The position numbers were made by a program, and so were the translations under genes. From positions 480,001-544,000 of the forward strand of contig CP000068.1 in the NCBI GenBank assembly GCA_000002445.1: 64,000 bases of DNA, in the 5' to 3' direction. This DNA is from Trypanosoma brucei (taxonomy: Eukaryota). The notes beneath the pieces are model-generated. The model searched no databases. It was not told the origin of the DNA and saw only the letters and a program-made list of their open reading frames with translations. Numbering within the stretch: position 1 is the stretch's first letter; the number at the start of each line of letters is the position of its first letter. This document shows, piece after piece, positions 1 to 11,364 of this stretch.

Positions 1-258
1 ACGCTCCTGCCCTCCATCACATTCCTCCCACAGATTTGTCTACTCGTAATTTACCCTACGTTATCGCCTTCACTCCTCTAATAAACCTTAGCTTAGAGGA
101 CACACATATTAGGATGCAGCACGTGTGAATGCGGTCCGATGTGCTGGGTCCAGATTCCGCTGGTTACCACAGCACCACCATTCCTCTAAGAGTGATCACC
201 CATACCCTTATTTTCTCATTTTCCGCCTTCCGTCGCCATTTCTTCTCTTCGTAGGCGG

Positions 259-1686
259 CTAGAGGATGAATTTCTTGATGTCCACCTTCTTCATCATGCT
301 CTCGACAGAGTTCCTCACGTAAGCCGCATCAATAACAAACGTTTCCCCTTTTCTGTCAGGGCCGTCGAAACTGACTTCCTCCACAACCTTCTCTGTGATG
401 GTGATAAGACGGCGTGCGCCTATATTCTGCACGGTGGAGTTGATGTGTGCAGCGATAGACGCGATTTCCCATAGCGCATCGTCGGTAAAGACAAGATCAA
501 CACCTTCCGTTTTCATCATCATGACGTGCTGCTTAATGAGATTGTACCTTGGCTCCGTTATAATGCGATGAAAATCTTCCTTGGTGAGGGGCTTCAACTC
601 TACACGAATAGGAAGCCGACCCTGCAGCTCCGCCAACATGTCAGACGGTTTCACGCTGTGGAAGGCGCCGCTACAAATGAAGAGAATCTTGTCCGTCTTG
701 ATCTGCACGTTTCCCTTCGTAGAAACAGTTGTTCCCTCCACTAACGGCAACAGGTCCTGCTGAACACCCTCTGCAGAGGCCTGGTGTCCCTTGTAGCCAC
801 CGGAAGCTGTTACGATTTTGTCGATCTCATCAATAACCACAATGCCATCCTCCTCACAGGCACGCAGCGCCTCAGCAGAAACATCCTCCGTGTCCACAAT
901 CTTGTCGAGCTCCTCTTGCAGTACAGCAGGAATGGCGTCCTTTATCTTCATCACCTTCTTCACCGTCTGCGGACGCTGGCCACCGATCGACGAAGGAATT
1001 TCAAGTGAGATGAACACACCTTCATTCGTTCCTGAATTTTTCGGTTTTTCCTTCTTTTCCTGAAGCTCAACTATGACCTCAATATCGTCGAGGGCACCAC
1101 TCCGGAGGTGCTCGCGGAAGCCATCGGAAACGCCGGCGAGGGCCTTCAGAATGCGATTCTCCGCCTTCTGTCGTGCCGTTTCTTCATGCCGTCTCATGAT
1201 ATTTTGTTTTGTTTGCGTGAGCGAGGCCTTGTAGAGGTCTTCGATGATGCTCTCCACATCTCGGCCGTGAAATCCCACTTCGGTGAACTTTGTCGCCTCC
1301 ACCTTAATAAACGGAGCGTCCACCAACTTGGCCAGACGTCGCGCAATCTCTGTTTTCCCAACACCCGTAGGACCTATCATTAATATATTTTTGGGAGAAA
1401 TTTCTTCACGGATCGCCGCGTCCACCTGGTGGCGACGCCAGCGGTTACGCAGCGCCACCGCCACCGCTTTCTTCGCCTCCGTCTGTCCAATAATATAATT
1501 GTCCAGCTCCTGCATCAGTTCACGCGGTTTCATGTTACGGACAAGCGTTTTTCCAGAAGAGGAGTTCGGTGGGATTGCGGGAGACGCTTCAACGGCCGCC
1601 GCTCCCCCACTGAAGCGGACGTTGGGCCCTAAGCTTCTACCAAGCTTCAGTGCCGATGGTAATGAAGAAGTTACTCGCCGCATCAT
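259..1686 (-). CDS. HslU: ATP-dependent protease ATPase subunit HslU (mitochondrial HslVU complex)
   Basis: 475-aa ORF starting at ATG (doubled MM). Walker A is GPTGVGKT and Walker B is IVVIDEIDKI. An inserted I-domain lies between them. The C-terminal sensor region matches HslU/ClpY layout. The N-terminus is R/S-rich, like a mitochondrial presequence. Trypanosomatids are known to carry bacterial-type HslVU in the mitochondrion. Confidence 0.85.
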   Translation of the reverse strand: MMRRVTSSLPSALKLGRSLGPNVRFSGGAAAVEASPAIPPNSSSGKTLVRNMKPRELMQELDNYIIGQTEAKKAVAVALRNRWRRHQVDAAIREEISPKNILMIGPTGVGKTEIARRLAKLVDAPFIKVEATKFTEVGFHGRDVESIIEDLYKASLTQTKQNIMRRHEETARQKAENRILKALAGVSDGFREHLRSGALDDIEVIVELQEKKEKPKNSGTNEGVFISLEIPSSIGGQRPQTVKKVMKIKDAIPAVLQEELDKIVDTEDVSAEALRACEEDGIVVIDEIDKIVTASGGYKGHQASAEGVQQDLLPLVEGTTVSTKGNVQIKTDKILFICSGAFHSVKPSDMLAELQGRLPIRVELKPLTKEDFHRIITEPRYNLIKQHVMMMKTEGVDLVFTDDALWEIASIAAHINSTVQNIGARRLITITEKVVEEVSFDGPDRKGETFVIDAAYVRNSVESMMKKVDIKKFIL

Positions 1687-2233
1687 TTATATTACAGGAG
1701 AGCTGTCGGTGCTGCCCGTTTCTACTTATACCTCGCCTTCCCCCCTTTGTTGCTCAGTTATCTTTACGCTGTCTTTATGTTCAGTCGCGCGAGGAGATTA
1801 AAAAAAACCAAGCTGTCGAAAAAGGAGCCAACCAAACGGCACTAAGTAGCGAGTCCACTTGGATGAATACTTACAACCTATATTGTTTACTCCCGCAGCG
1901 CTTCGAAACAAACAACTACGAGGCAACAGTGGGGGTAAAAAAAAAAACAAGCGGGAAAGATAAAGAAACTGAAAAATACAGGGAAAGAAGAGCTTTGTTC
2001 GTCTAAGCAGAAGGCAAGGTAACGAGAGTACGAAGTAAGACAGAACAATTATAGAAAGTGAAGCTGTCTCCAGAACAAGGTAAAGATGGTTGTGATCATC
2101 GAACGCTACGTCACGTCACATGGTTATTTAGCAGTGAGATCAGAACATCGAGGAGGAAGGTGAGATAAGGTAAAGAATATGCAACCGCTCACGAAATAGC
2201 ATATCAAATCATGTATGTATTGTGATGGACTCA

Positions 2234-3850
2234 CTAAACGGTATTGCTGAAAAGGATGTGCTGCTGCTTGCGCTTCAAGGGTGCCAGTGAGCGCGCTTTG
2301 TGCACGAGTCGGAGCAGACCAGTCAGAAGGATCCATTTCTGCCGCTCCATTATGGCCGAGGTGTATGTATCACGTGCGCCGACCTGCAGCTCCTCCTGCA
2401 GCACATTGAAGTAAAGCGCTGAGTACAAACCAAGACCGTACGGGGCGTATAGATTAGCAAGGAGAGGGTAGCGCCGCATTAACTCTTCTTGTCGTGCAAG
2501 TAGACCCGCCGCATCGTTCGGGAGATTTAACCGATGGGTGAAGGCATAAGCAACAAATTTGGATTGTGCCTCAAACAGAAGGAAGGGTGGAAGCAGTTCC
2601 TTTTGCATACCCACAAATCCAATGGACGGATTAGGGGCGAAGAGAGTACCAAGATAGAGACTGCGGTGGTCCACCGCTTTCGTAGCATTTGCAGACGTAT
2701 CATCGGCACATTTGTTACCTTTCTGCGGCAAGAAGCAAGTTGGTTTCTCTAGCACTTCTCTTATATCTTCGTGTAGAAAAGGATACCGCAGATGATAGCC
2801 GGTGGCGCATATTACGGCATCGACGTTATCCATAAAGACACTCTGTGGCAAATCACTATAGCCTGACGCTTTTCCTGCCATCGAACAAGCTCGCATCTCC
2901 TTCAACACTTCCACCTTTCCTAGACACTCGTTAGAAAATAGAATACCTTTTCCCTCGCATCCGATGGGTTGACCAAGGTTGGATAGACGACCCCATATGG
3001 CACCGTTCCGAAAGCGCAGCCAATTCGAGACAACCTTATTGCCCCTGGCAACGTCTTTCCGCCATCCCGGTGTGCGAGAGAGAAGTTGAACAGCAGCGCT
3101 AACTATATCACGCATGTTGGTCCCGTATGAACCTTTTATCAGCCCACTCTCGTCGCAGGAGTCGGAAAAATGTCCCTCATCCGGGAATGAGCATCCACTA
3201 TGATACACATCAGCCCCACAACGCTTTAGGTCCCAGCAGTAATCCCACGCAGTGACGTCATCTCCAACCACTACAACGCGCTTGTTTTTGAATTGCCGGA
3301 AATCCTTTACGTGGAAGGCGTGGTGAAGCTCCCCTCCACTCTCCACGTACGGGACCAAAAGCTCCCTCAATCCTTCCGGATACCGCGGCTCGTGCGCTTG
3401 CCCTGTACAGACACATACCTTATCAAATGCCCACTCAAACACATCGCCGTTGACAACGTTAACTGTAATGATGTGCCACACTGCGCTTGTGGCATCGTAC
3501 CGAACCGACTGCACCTTCGTGTTGAAACGCACAAGCCCCCCAACACCTTTTGATGCAGCGTACCGATCCAAGTACCGCCGAACAGAGGAATGGTGAGGAA
3601 ACTGCGGTACGGTGTAGTCAAAGCGCATGTCGCTGAACGCTAGCAAATCTTTCGGCAGGACACAACGCAGTGTGGGGTGCAATGGCGAAATGAGGCCACG
3701 CGTAGAGAAGGAGCTGCGCGTATCACTATTCCAAACCCCGCCAGGATCTGGGGCAAGCTCAAAGCAGGTCACCAACAATCCACTACGCCGCAATGCCATA
3801 CTTGCCGCCATACCGGCGGCACCACACCCAATCACAGCACAGGACTGCAT
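2234..3850 (-). CDS. flavin-containing monooxygenase-like protein (class B FAD/NADPH monooxygenase)
   Basis: 538-aa ORF with ATG start. N-terminal dinucleotide-binding motif is VIGCGAAGMAAS (GxGxxG). A second Rossmann-like stretch is VVVVGDDVTAWD. The FMO-diagnostic ATGY motif occurs in ICATGYHLRYP. Confidence 0.6.
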   Translation of the reverse strand: MQSCAVIGCGAAGMAASMALRRSGLLVTCFELAPDPGGVWNSDTRSSFSTRGLISPLHPTLRCVLPKDLLAFSDMRFDYTVPQFPHHSSVRRYLDRYAASKGVGGLVRFNTKVQSVRYDATSAVWHIITVNVVNGDVFEWAFDKVCVCTGQAHEPRYPEGLRELLVPYVESGGELHHAFHVKDFRQFKNKRVVVVGDDVTAWDYCWDLKRCGADVYHSGCSFPDEGHFSDSCDESGLIKGSYGTNMRDIVSAAVQLLSRTPGWRKDVARGNKVVSNWLRFRNGAIWGRLSNLGQPIGCEGKGILFSNECLGKVEVLKEMRACSMAGKASGYSDLPQSVFMDNVDAVICATGYHLRYPFLHEDIREVLEKPTCFLPQKGNKCADDTSANATKAVDHRSLYLGTLFAPNPSIGFVGMQKELLPPFLLFEAQSKFVAYAFTHRLNLPNDAAGLLARQEELMRRYPLLANLYAPYGLGLYSALYFNVLQEELQVGARDTYTSAIMERQKWILLTGLLRLVHKARSLAPLKRKQQHILFSNTV

Positions 3851-4139
3851 TATTACTGTTACTATATTTTTTTTTTCTACGGTGCCTGCTTATCCGCCTA
3901 ACCCGGCACCGCCACAGCGAAATTGGAAAAAAAATGTCTTCCTCTTTCGTGAAGCGTGTTAAAACCTGAAGTGGAAAGACGGAGAGAAGGCAAGGGGGAA
4001 ACAAGGGGGAGAAGAAAGGTGACGCCGTGGATTTACGTAGCCTCAAAGAACAGTCACAGTATGTTTCAACAACTACTGAGAACGGCACGCCGGTGCACGT
4101 GGGTATCAAAAGCATCGCAATTTTTATTTCTTCCTGTTA

Positions 4140-6347
4140 CTATACATTGGGGAATTCTATGTCACCTTCCCTCCCAGTAAAGTGTGAGCCGACAATTGTA
4201 ATGTCTTTGTCGGCAATCGCAGCCGCCTCTTTGTACAACTCTGGTGTCACTCCAATGAGTCGCCTAAATGTTATCTGTTGTTCGTCGTTAAGGTTTGGCT
4301 CCGGTAGGATGAAGTTAACCTTCTTGGACTCTGGAAGAAGTTTCTTTACCTCAATGTTCGTCACGAAAGGTAAGAAAAGCATTTTACCCTTCGAAACACA
4401 TGGGGCCGTTTCACCCTGTGATGGCCCCACAGTGTTCACAAGGGAAAGCGACGAGACCGTTTTCGGCTTATAGCGTGCCGATAGACTTGGAAGCCCCGTT
4501 GTGTTCACGTAGTCATGGTCAGGTGCCGCGTAAAGTATCCATACCTCCGCGTTGTGGTAGCCTGGGAGCGTAACATCACCAGTATAAGCCACATCCTTGG
4601 GAGAGAAATTGAGAAACGAAAGCAGCTCTCGTCTGCCTTCTTCAGGATACAGCAACACCACCGCCACCGCCACGACATTTGCGCAGGATGGCATCACAAT
4701 GAAGCGCGTGAGTCCCTCCTTCACTTGATATCGCAGCGGTTCCAATAATTTGCATATAGATGGACTAAAATACTGGCAAGGTATCTGTGGTGTCGGGTTG
4801 GCAACAAAGGTAACTAAGGCTTGATAAGCAACAACGGGGACAAATGGCTCCTCGGAAATCAGGTCCGAGAAGGGATCTTTTCTAATCGCACGTGCACCAA
4901 TCACCATACAGTAATATCCCGACTCCGGTACCATTAGAGTGAAGGTTTCACTCATTGACGACTCCTCCCGCTGGTGCCATACCCACCTGGGTCCCAGTGC
5001 CGTAGCTGAGCTACAGTTATCTGGGAGTTCCATTAATGTTCCTCTAAAGAGAACACAGCACAACTCGAAATGCTCCGGGTCCTCGTTGAAAAGTTTGATG
5101 TAAAATGGTGTGGACCGCGTGATGCTAGAGCACCGACGCCCAGAAGGGTCCAGGGCCAGGGGAAAACGGAAGAAATCATGTGTCATCAACGGTTCACCTT
5201 CCCACACGGTTTTCCTCTTCGGTGTCTGCAGCAACGAGTGGCGCGCACGTTTGGGGAAATGTGTGCTGAAAAACTTCTCTGGATGTGTGTTAAAGTAGAA
5301 ATCTTCCATACGCTTCACCTGTGAACAAAAGGGGGCTAACAGGGGGCCTTCAAGTATGCTCCGCTGCGGTGTTGCTTGTTGGGCGGGAGCGGCCCTTCCC
5401 TTACGACCCGTGCTTTCACCCTGCTGATTTGGTTTACCTTTTGGAACATCTTCGGCGGCATCCCCCGGCCGATTGACAGATAAACATTGACCTGAATGAG
5501 CGGAGAGCATCACATCCACGAGATACGAAAGCGGCGGGTCGTCATCCACGGGAATTTGAACAAGGTTCCACGCCCATTCAATACTTTTTCCTGGGGGGCG
5601 TCTCCGCAGAAATCCTTCTACCACTTCGCCCTTAATCCCAGCCAACTGAAGGAACTTCTGATATATTTGGGCCATCCCAATGCAGGTAGCACGGCGTTGC
5701 GCCAGCACTTCCTCAAACAAGTCCATGGACCACAGGGATACGACGGTGTGTGATGCCGCCGATGATTTTTTTTTGTGGCTACGCGACGATGCGACACTGT
5801 TCCCTTCTTCCTTTTTGCCAGCACCAGCAGGCGCAGGTACGCTCGCTGCAGCTTCATCCCCCTGTTGTTGGGGAAGTTCAGGGTTAATATTGTTGCAAAG
5901 CCAGCAATACAATGTTCTCGCCTTCTTCAGCGCACACTGTGAAGCGGACTGCCGCCACGTAACCCGTTTGAAGGGTTCAATGAGCCGCGTCACAATTTCA
6001 TGTGGTCTAGTCACTCCTTCTAGTGGCCCGACTTCGCGTGCCCATGCGTCAGCTTCCTCTCGTTCTTCTTTCCCAATACCCCACTGGGCACCAGGCAGAA
6101 GTTCCACTGACCGCGCAGGTGCGCGCCGGCCTCCGATCCGTGGGGCCTCTCTCAAGTGCTTGGTTTCCCTCTCAATGGAGAAGCCAAAGTGGTGAAGATA
6201 ATCAGCGTAGTGCCGCAACTGTAGATCAAAGATGGACGGCTTTACCGTCTCGGTGTATATTTCAAAAACTTTACGTCCAAAGGACTCAACTCGTGCCTCC
6301 TCAGACTCCGCCCCCGCTGCAGAGTGCGGATTCGGCTTCTTACTCAT
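4140..6347 (-). CDS. hypothetical protein with transglutaminase-like (papain-fold) core, probably catalytically inactive
   Basis: 735-aa ORF with ATG start and coding-like composition throughout. The central segment ATCIGMAQIYQKFLQLAGIKGEVVEGF...EWAWNLVQIPVDD resembles the Cys...His-Ala-Trp...Asp core of transglutaminase-like/KY-type domains. Trp sits where the catalytic His is expected. Confidence 0.55.
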   Translation of the reverse strand: MSKKPNPHSAAGAESEEARVESFGRKVFEIYTETVKPSIFDLQLRHYADYLHHFGFSIERETKHLREAPRIGGRRAPARSVELLPGAQWGIGKEEREEADAWAREVGPLEGVTRPHEIVTRLIEPFKRVTWRQSASQCALKKARTLYCWLCNNINPELPQQQGDEAAASVPAPAGAGKKEEGNSVASSRSHKKKSSAASHTVVSLWSMDLFEEVLAQRRATCIGMAQIYQKFLQLAGIKGEVVEGFLRRRPPGKSIEWAWNLVQIPVDDDPPLSYLVDVMLSAHSGQCLSVNRPGDAAEDVPKGKPNQQGESTGRKGRAAPAQQATPQRSILEGPLLAPFCSQVKRMEDFYFNTHPEKFFSTHFPKRARHSLLQTPKRKTVWEGEPLMTHDFFRFPLALDPSGRRCSSITRSTPFYIKLFNEDPEHFELCCVLFRGTLMELPDNCSSATALGPRWVWHQREESSMSETFTLMVPESGYYCMVIGARAIRKDPFSDLISEEPFVPVVAYQALVTFVANPTPQIPCQYFSPSICKLLEPLRYQVKEGLTRFIVMPSCANVVAVAVVLLYPEEGRRELLSFLNFSPKDVAYTGDVTLPGYHNAEVWILYAAPDHDYVNTTGLPSLSARYKPKTVSSLSLVNTVGPSQGETAPCVSKGKMLFLPFVTNIEVKKLLPESKKVNFILPEPNLNDEQQITFRRLIGVTPELYKEAAAIADKDITIVGSHFTGREGDIEFPNV

Positions 6348-7662
6348 CCTTCTGAGGAGCCACTTCTAAGCTTCAGAATACAGAAAGCGGGGTAGAAAAG
6401 CACATATGTATATATATATATATATATAAGTGTGTGTGTGTGTTTGCTCCGGAAGAATGGCACAGTGCGGCTGCATGGGTAAGAAAAAATCCCTCTGACA
6501 GTAAAGGGACACCAGAAACGACATCTTACTTGCGCAATATGAAAACAGTGTCGCAAGGGATATGCTGGCAATAATTTGGCATCCAGTGCATGATGTAGCG
6601 TAAACGGGAGCCAAAGGTAAGAGCTAAAATTACGACTCACCGTGTTTCACGAGAATCCCATCATCCTTCTATACTTAGTGCGCTCGATCCTTAAACACTT
6701 TGAGCGACAAAAAAAAAAAAAGAAATCAACCAGGGATTGACTGGTCATTTATTTGTTTTGTTTTTTGTCTCCATTACGCGTTCTCACACATGCCTTGTCC
6801 CTGCTTTTCTCGCCTTCACATACCGTCTCTTTCCTCCGCTGGATAAAATTATTTTTAAAAAGTTGGCTACCTTTCCCTACACTTTTTTTTTGATTTTTCC
6901 CTTGTCTCTTTCCGTTCCCTCTTCGCATAAGAAGGAACTAGCACCCACTCTACACCACAAACACTTCACGCTGTAGAATCGCGTACATTCGCTTCTGCTT
7001 CCCTCTCAAAATCTATGAATCACCCCACGTTGCCACATTTTTTTTCTTTTTGCGAAACCTTCAACCACCCAGTATCTAAAAATAGTGGACAACAGAAATG
7101 CGCAGCATAAACCACAACACAAAACAAAGATGCGCCGCAACGAATCTAAAAATAAAAAAATAATACGGGAGAGGGATGTAGTAGGTTAGCGGCGGCACAG
7201 TGCAGCAGACACACAATTAGAATTAGAGATTTCCTCGTTTAGAGTGTGCTACTGATATTTGTGAGGTGTAGGGGGGGGGAAAAAAAAAGCTGAAACCATC
7301 TAGAAAAATGAGGAGGGATAAGATACATAGGGATGAGGCACGAGAAAACGCCCTGTTATGTGGCAACTGCATACGTTGCAGACAACGTATGCAATTTAAA
7401 GGAAGGACGTCCCACGCCAAAACAAAGTGGCGCGCTCATCGCTGCATTTTCATAGCGTCAGCGCGAGAACGCTTCCTTTAGTGGGTGTAGCACCGACCGA
7501 AGGTGCAACACAAACAAAAAAAAACAAGCGAAAGAAAAAAAAAGGAGCCCCTGTGATTCACCCGTCCCGTTGAGTCCCTGATGGACCATAGAGGCGAGTG
7601 TTACGTAGTTTTTAATGCTTTTGCTTTCAGGTTCTCTCCTTTTTTCTATGAAAGCTCCTGCA

Positions 7663-8595
7663 TTATGCGGGAGCGCAAGAAACAACGGGACGTTGGACAG
7701 TGCTGAAGTAAATGAACATGGCCAGTTCAAAAGAATATATCTGTACAGCCTTACTTAGCGTGCTCCGTAACAGCTGCGGCGCAAGCCCCTTGTAAAAACC
7801 GGGTATGCCGTCTTGGTAATAAATGTGTCGTATTGTTGGCATAATGCGCTCATACTCGGGTTTCCCTGTCACGTAGCTGACGCTGCGCATGTGATTCATA
7901 ACGACGTTGTAAGGATAAGAGACGGTGGTGGCGGCAATCTTCGCCACGGCCGAAAGCGATGCTACCGCGACAGATGTCAGAAAAAAGTTGCTGGAACCCT
8001 TGAAACTTGCTTCGTTTGACAACCGCTTAAGAAGTTCATAGATGCTCCAGAAGAGGCCCTCTTCGACGAACCGACCCACAATATTGGTCATGGTCCCGCG
8101 GTAGAAACCACTGAAGCCTTCGTGCTTCAGCACATCTCTAAACGTTTGCCGCACAGTTAGTTTTTCGTTAACTTGCACGCGAGTCCGCACCAGAAATATC
8201 GGCCCTAGGATCGTGTTTGTCACACACACGGCACCACAAGCCGCAATGGCAGGTTGAACATTCTGGTTGACTCCGGCAGAGGAAAGTTGGTCCTTAATGC
8301 AGCGGTATGTAGGAAGATAAATACCATTGGAGGGAAGCGAGGCCATTAGATTTGCCGAGAGACCACGCGAAAAGGCGTGGACAATGCCTCCCTCGAAGAG
8401 GTCCCTAACAGTGTACAAGAGGCTCCTGTGTGCCTTTCCAGTGGCACTTCGGCTTACAGAGAGGCGCACACGGACGGTATCCAATGGGTTTATGACGCAG
8501 GTGGAGCAGACACCGGCAACACAACCAGACAAACAGGATGCAAGGTATTCTTGTCTTTTGGGGGTTTGAACCACATGCGATGTCGGGAGTGCCAT
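7663..8595 (-). CDS. mitochondrial carrier family protein (SLC25-like), substrate unknown
   Basis: 310-aa ORF with ATG start. It has three tandem carrier repeats with the P-x-D/E-x-x-R/K signature (PLDTVRVRL, PIFLVRTRVQV, PYNVVMNHMR). Six predicted hydrophobic helices. Confidence 0.8.
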   Translation of the reverse strand: MALPTSHVVQTPKRQEYLASCLSGCVAGVCSTCVINPLDTVRVRLSVSRSATGKAHRSLLYTVRDLFEGGIVHAFSRGLSANLMASLPSNGIYLPTYRCIKDQLSSAGVNQNVQPAIAACGAVCVTNTILGPIFLVRTRVQVNEKLTVRQTFRDVLKHEGFSGFYRGTMTNIVGRFVEEGLFWSIYELLKRLSNEASFKGSSNFFLTSVAVASLSAVAKIAATTVSYPYNVVMNHMRSVSYVTGKPEYERIMPTIRHIYYQDGIPGFYKGLAPQLLRSTLSKAVQIYSFELAMFIYFSTVQRPVVSCAPA

Positions 8596-9102
8596 TTTTT
8601 TTTTCCCTCCCTACTCTTATCTAAAATTTCTAGTGCCCTTTTGTTTCCTTACACAATAGCAAGGTTGTGGATAATGGCCGTGCCTCTAACAAAGCTACAG
8701 AGCACACCGGGTGCACTTGCGTGCGTGCGTGAATTGAAAGAAAAATTGCGGAAACAGAGAATACTTGAAGGTAGAGGGGCCACAACAGGGGCTGAAATAA
8801 ACTAGCGGATCAGCGAGGGCGACAGCATCCAGAAATACGCAGCCCTCTTTAAGTAATAAGTGACTGGTAGGCAACTCTGTGTGTTAAACGAACCTTTAAA
8901 ACATCGGTAACATTACTTAAACGCGTAGTGGGTGGCTTTTTTACCTAAACGCGGGAACGTCCCTGCTTGTGGCGCGCCCTCCTCGTATTTCGCGGGCCGA
9001 CACCCATATGCACGCACGGACATCCCTGCTCCGGTTTCGGGAACGACTTCACTCCTTTCCCCAACTTTTTTCAGCCATCCCACACCCAACATTTGTGCTA
9101 CT

Positions 9103-11364
9103 TTAATGCCTCGACATGCGCCTTTTATGGCGCGACTTCTTCATACTTTTCACGCCACCGCGATGCTTATAGGCGGGCTTCCCATTCTTTTCCCTACTTT
9201 CTGCCCGCCTTGTCTTCCTCGCATCACGTATCTTTTTCTTCTTCAGCTTCTTCACTATACCCGCCTGTAACTTGTTTTGTGATTTGCGCTGCAGTTCACG
9301 TGCGGCGTTTTTCGCCCTTTCATTGGCACGGGCCTTCGTTTCGCGCTGCGCCCGCCGCTCATTACGCTGCTTTTTCAAAAACTTGTTTTCCTCACGATCC
9401 CAATTTGCCAACTCCTGCTGAAATTGGTTGACAGTAACCTCCGCTTCAGTTTCATACACCCGCCGGGCCTCCTCCTCACGTTTCTTTTGTTCCGTGTGGC
9501 TCAGGCACCAGACCCTCCGCGGGCGCACGGCGGCGCTTTCAGTAAGAATTTTCTCTCCTGCCTCTCGGCCGTACCGGCGTTCCGCACGTTCAATTTTCGT
9601 GTGCAGTTCCTCCGCTGCAAGTTCGGCCCGCACTTGGGGAAACGCGGCGTCGATCTTTTTAATGGCCTCCTGCAGCAGCTCCTCTGGGACATCGCGACGC
9701 CGTACGGTGGCCGCTTGATGATTGCTCACCACACCGCTTACCGCCAGTATCTTTCGCATAATATCCGAGTCCCTGCTCTCATCAACCAGCGAGACCGCGG
9801 TCCCACTACCGCCGATGCGGGCGGTACGGCCCACTCGGTGAATGTATGCAGTGAGTGTTGGTGGGAGATCGAAGTTTATGACTGTCGAAACGTCTTTTAT
9901 GTCTAATCCACGCGAGGCGACATCAGTGGAGAAGAGGTAGTTTACTTCACCAGACGCGAACTTCTCTAAAGAGGCGAAGCGCTCCTCTTGGAGCTGATTA
10001 CCCTGTAGCTCTACGCTGGGAAAACCAATCACGTTGAAGAGGAGACGTAATCGGTGTGCAGTGGTGCGGTAGCGAGTGAATATCAACGTTTTCTCTCGGA
10101 AATAACCTGTGCATAGCGCCACCAAGTAACGTGACTTGACCTTCGTCATGTGTTCCGCCTCGCTTTCAGATTCCTCCGAGTGATTCTGACGCCCTTCGCT
10201 CTGCGGTTTATCATGCGAGCGTTTAGAGCGGGTCTTCTTTTGACACCCCTCCGCAGAAGGGGCTACGTCACCGCGATTTTCCTCAGTAGGTTGCAGGGAT
10301 GTATCAGCATGCAGACGAACGCGAACAAACTGCTGACGCAGTTTGGCCTGAAGAGCAACATGGCCGATGTCCACATTCTTTGGTTTAAATAGATGTTCTT
10401 TCGCAAACTCATCTACTTCTGTCGTCATTGTTGCAGAAAACATCAATACCTGACGCGTTTCCTCCGGCACGCGTTTGAGAATGTCCACCACCTGGTCCCG
10501 GAGCACAACAGTTAACATCTTGTCGCACTCGTCAAGCACAACTACTTCGACCCCCGTTATATCGACAGCACTTTGTGCACCCTTGTGGTTGTGGATCAAA
10601 TCAACTAACCGACCAGGTGTTGCAACAAGAATATCTGGACAAGCCTCAAGGGCAGCCAGCTGGGCAGAGGGTGATACGCCTCCAATTGCCAGTGACACTT
10701 GCAAACCCGTGGTGAATGCCAAAAATTGTTGTAGAACCTGCTGGCATTGCATACCCAATTCCCGTGTGGGAACCAAAACAATGGCCCGGATGTAGCGACG
10801 CTTGCTGTTCATACGCGTCTGCTTCATGGGAGCTCTCGTGAGGAGGAGATGCAACAACGGTAGCAGGAAGGCGGCTGTCTTGCCAGACCCAGTTACCGCC
10901 CGCGCGCAGACGTCGGTCCCACTAAGGATAGCCGGTATAGCTTGTGCCTGTACGGGTGTGGGTGAAATGTACCCTATGTGACTAATGGCGCGGACAAGGG
11001 CCTTGCAGAGACCCAACTCAATCCACATCACCTTGTCTTGTGTCTGCTGACCCGAGCGTTTGTGGCTGTTACCCCCCGTGGAGATTGTCTCACCAGGCAT
11101 CAACTGAGCATAGTCCTGGTCTCCGGATAGCTGGTGGGACATGGGAACACTTCTAACGCCGGTAATACCCTGGAAAAACGACGGTGTATCCTCCAACATA
11201 ACTTCGGTAGCCACGGACGGAGCAGTAAGATCATTTCCTTGGCTACTTTTACCCGAACGGACACCTATGCGTCTACTGCTTGTCGCGGCGGTGTTACCAC
11301 AGCGCAGTGAGCCCCGCCGGGGTTCCGCGGAGGTCGCTCTCCGCCGCAACGGGGTCGGTGGCAT
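9103..11364 (-). CDS. DEAD-box ATP-dependent RNA helicase (DECD variant), nucleolar ribosome-biogenesis type
   Basis: 753-aa ORF with ATG start. Q-motif region is GYISPTPVQAQAIP. Motif I is TGSGKTAAFLLPLL, Ia is PTRELGMQ, II is DECD, III is SAT and VI is HRVGRTAR. A long K/R/E-rich basic C-terminal tail is typical of Drs1/DDX27-like nucleolar helicases. The subfamily assignment is tentative. Confidence 0.85.
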   Translation of the reverse strand: MPPTPLRRRATSAEPRRGSLRCGNTAATSSRRIGVRSGKSSQGNDLTAPSVATEVMLEDTPSFFQGITGVRSVPMSHQLSGDQDYAQLMPGETISTGGNSHKRSGQQTQDKVMWIELGLCKALVRAISHIGYISPTPVQAQAIPAILSGTDVCARAVTGSGKTAAFLLPLLHLLLTRAPMKQTRMNSKRRYIRAIVLVPTRELGMQCQQVLQQFLAFTTGLQVSLAIGGVSPSAQLAALEACPDILVATPGRLVDLIHNHKGAQSAVDITGVEVVVLDECDKMLTVVLRDQVVDILKRVPEETRQVLMFSATMTTEVDEFAKEHLFKPKNVDIGHVALQAKLRQQFVRVRLHADTSLQPTEENRGDVAPSAEGCQKKTRSKRSHDKPQSEGRQNHSEESESEAEHMTKVKSRYLVALCTGYFREKTLIFTRYRTTAHRLRLLFNVIGFPSVELQGNQLQEERFASLEKFASGEVNYLFSTDVASRGLDIKDVSTVINFDLPPTLTAYIHRVGRTARIGGSGTAVSLVDESRDSDIMRKILAVSGVVSNHQAATVRRRDVPEELLQEAIKKIDAAFPQVRAELAAEELHTKIERAERRYGREAGEKILTESAAVRPRRVWCLSHTEQKKREEEARRVYETEAEVTVNQFQQELANWDREENKFLKKQRNERRAQRETKARANERAKNAARELQRKSQNKLQAGIVKKLKKKKIRDARKTRRAESREKNGKPAYKHRGGVKSMKKSRHKRRMSRH

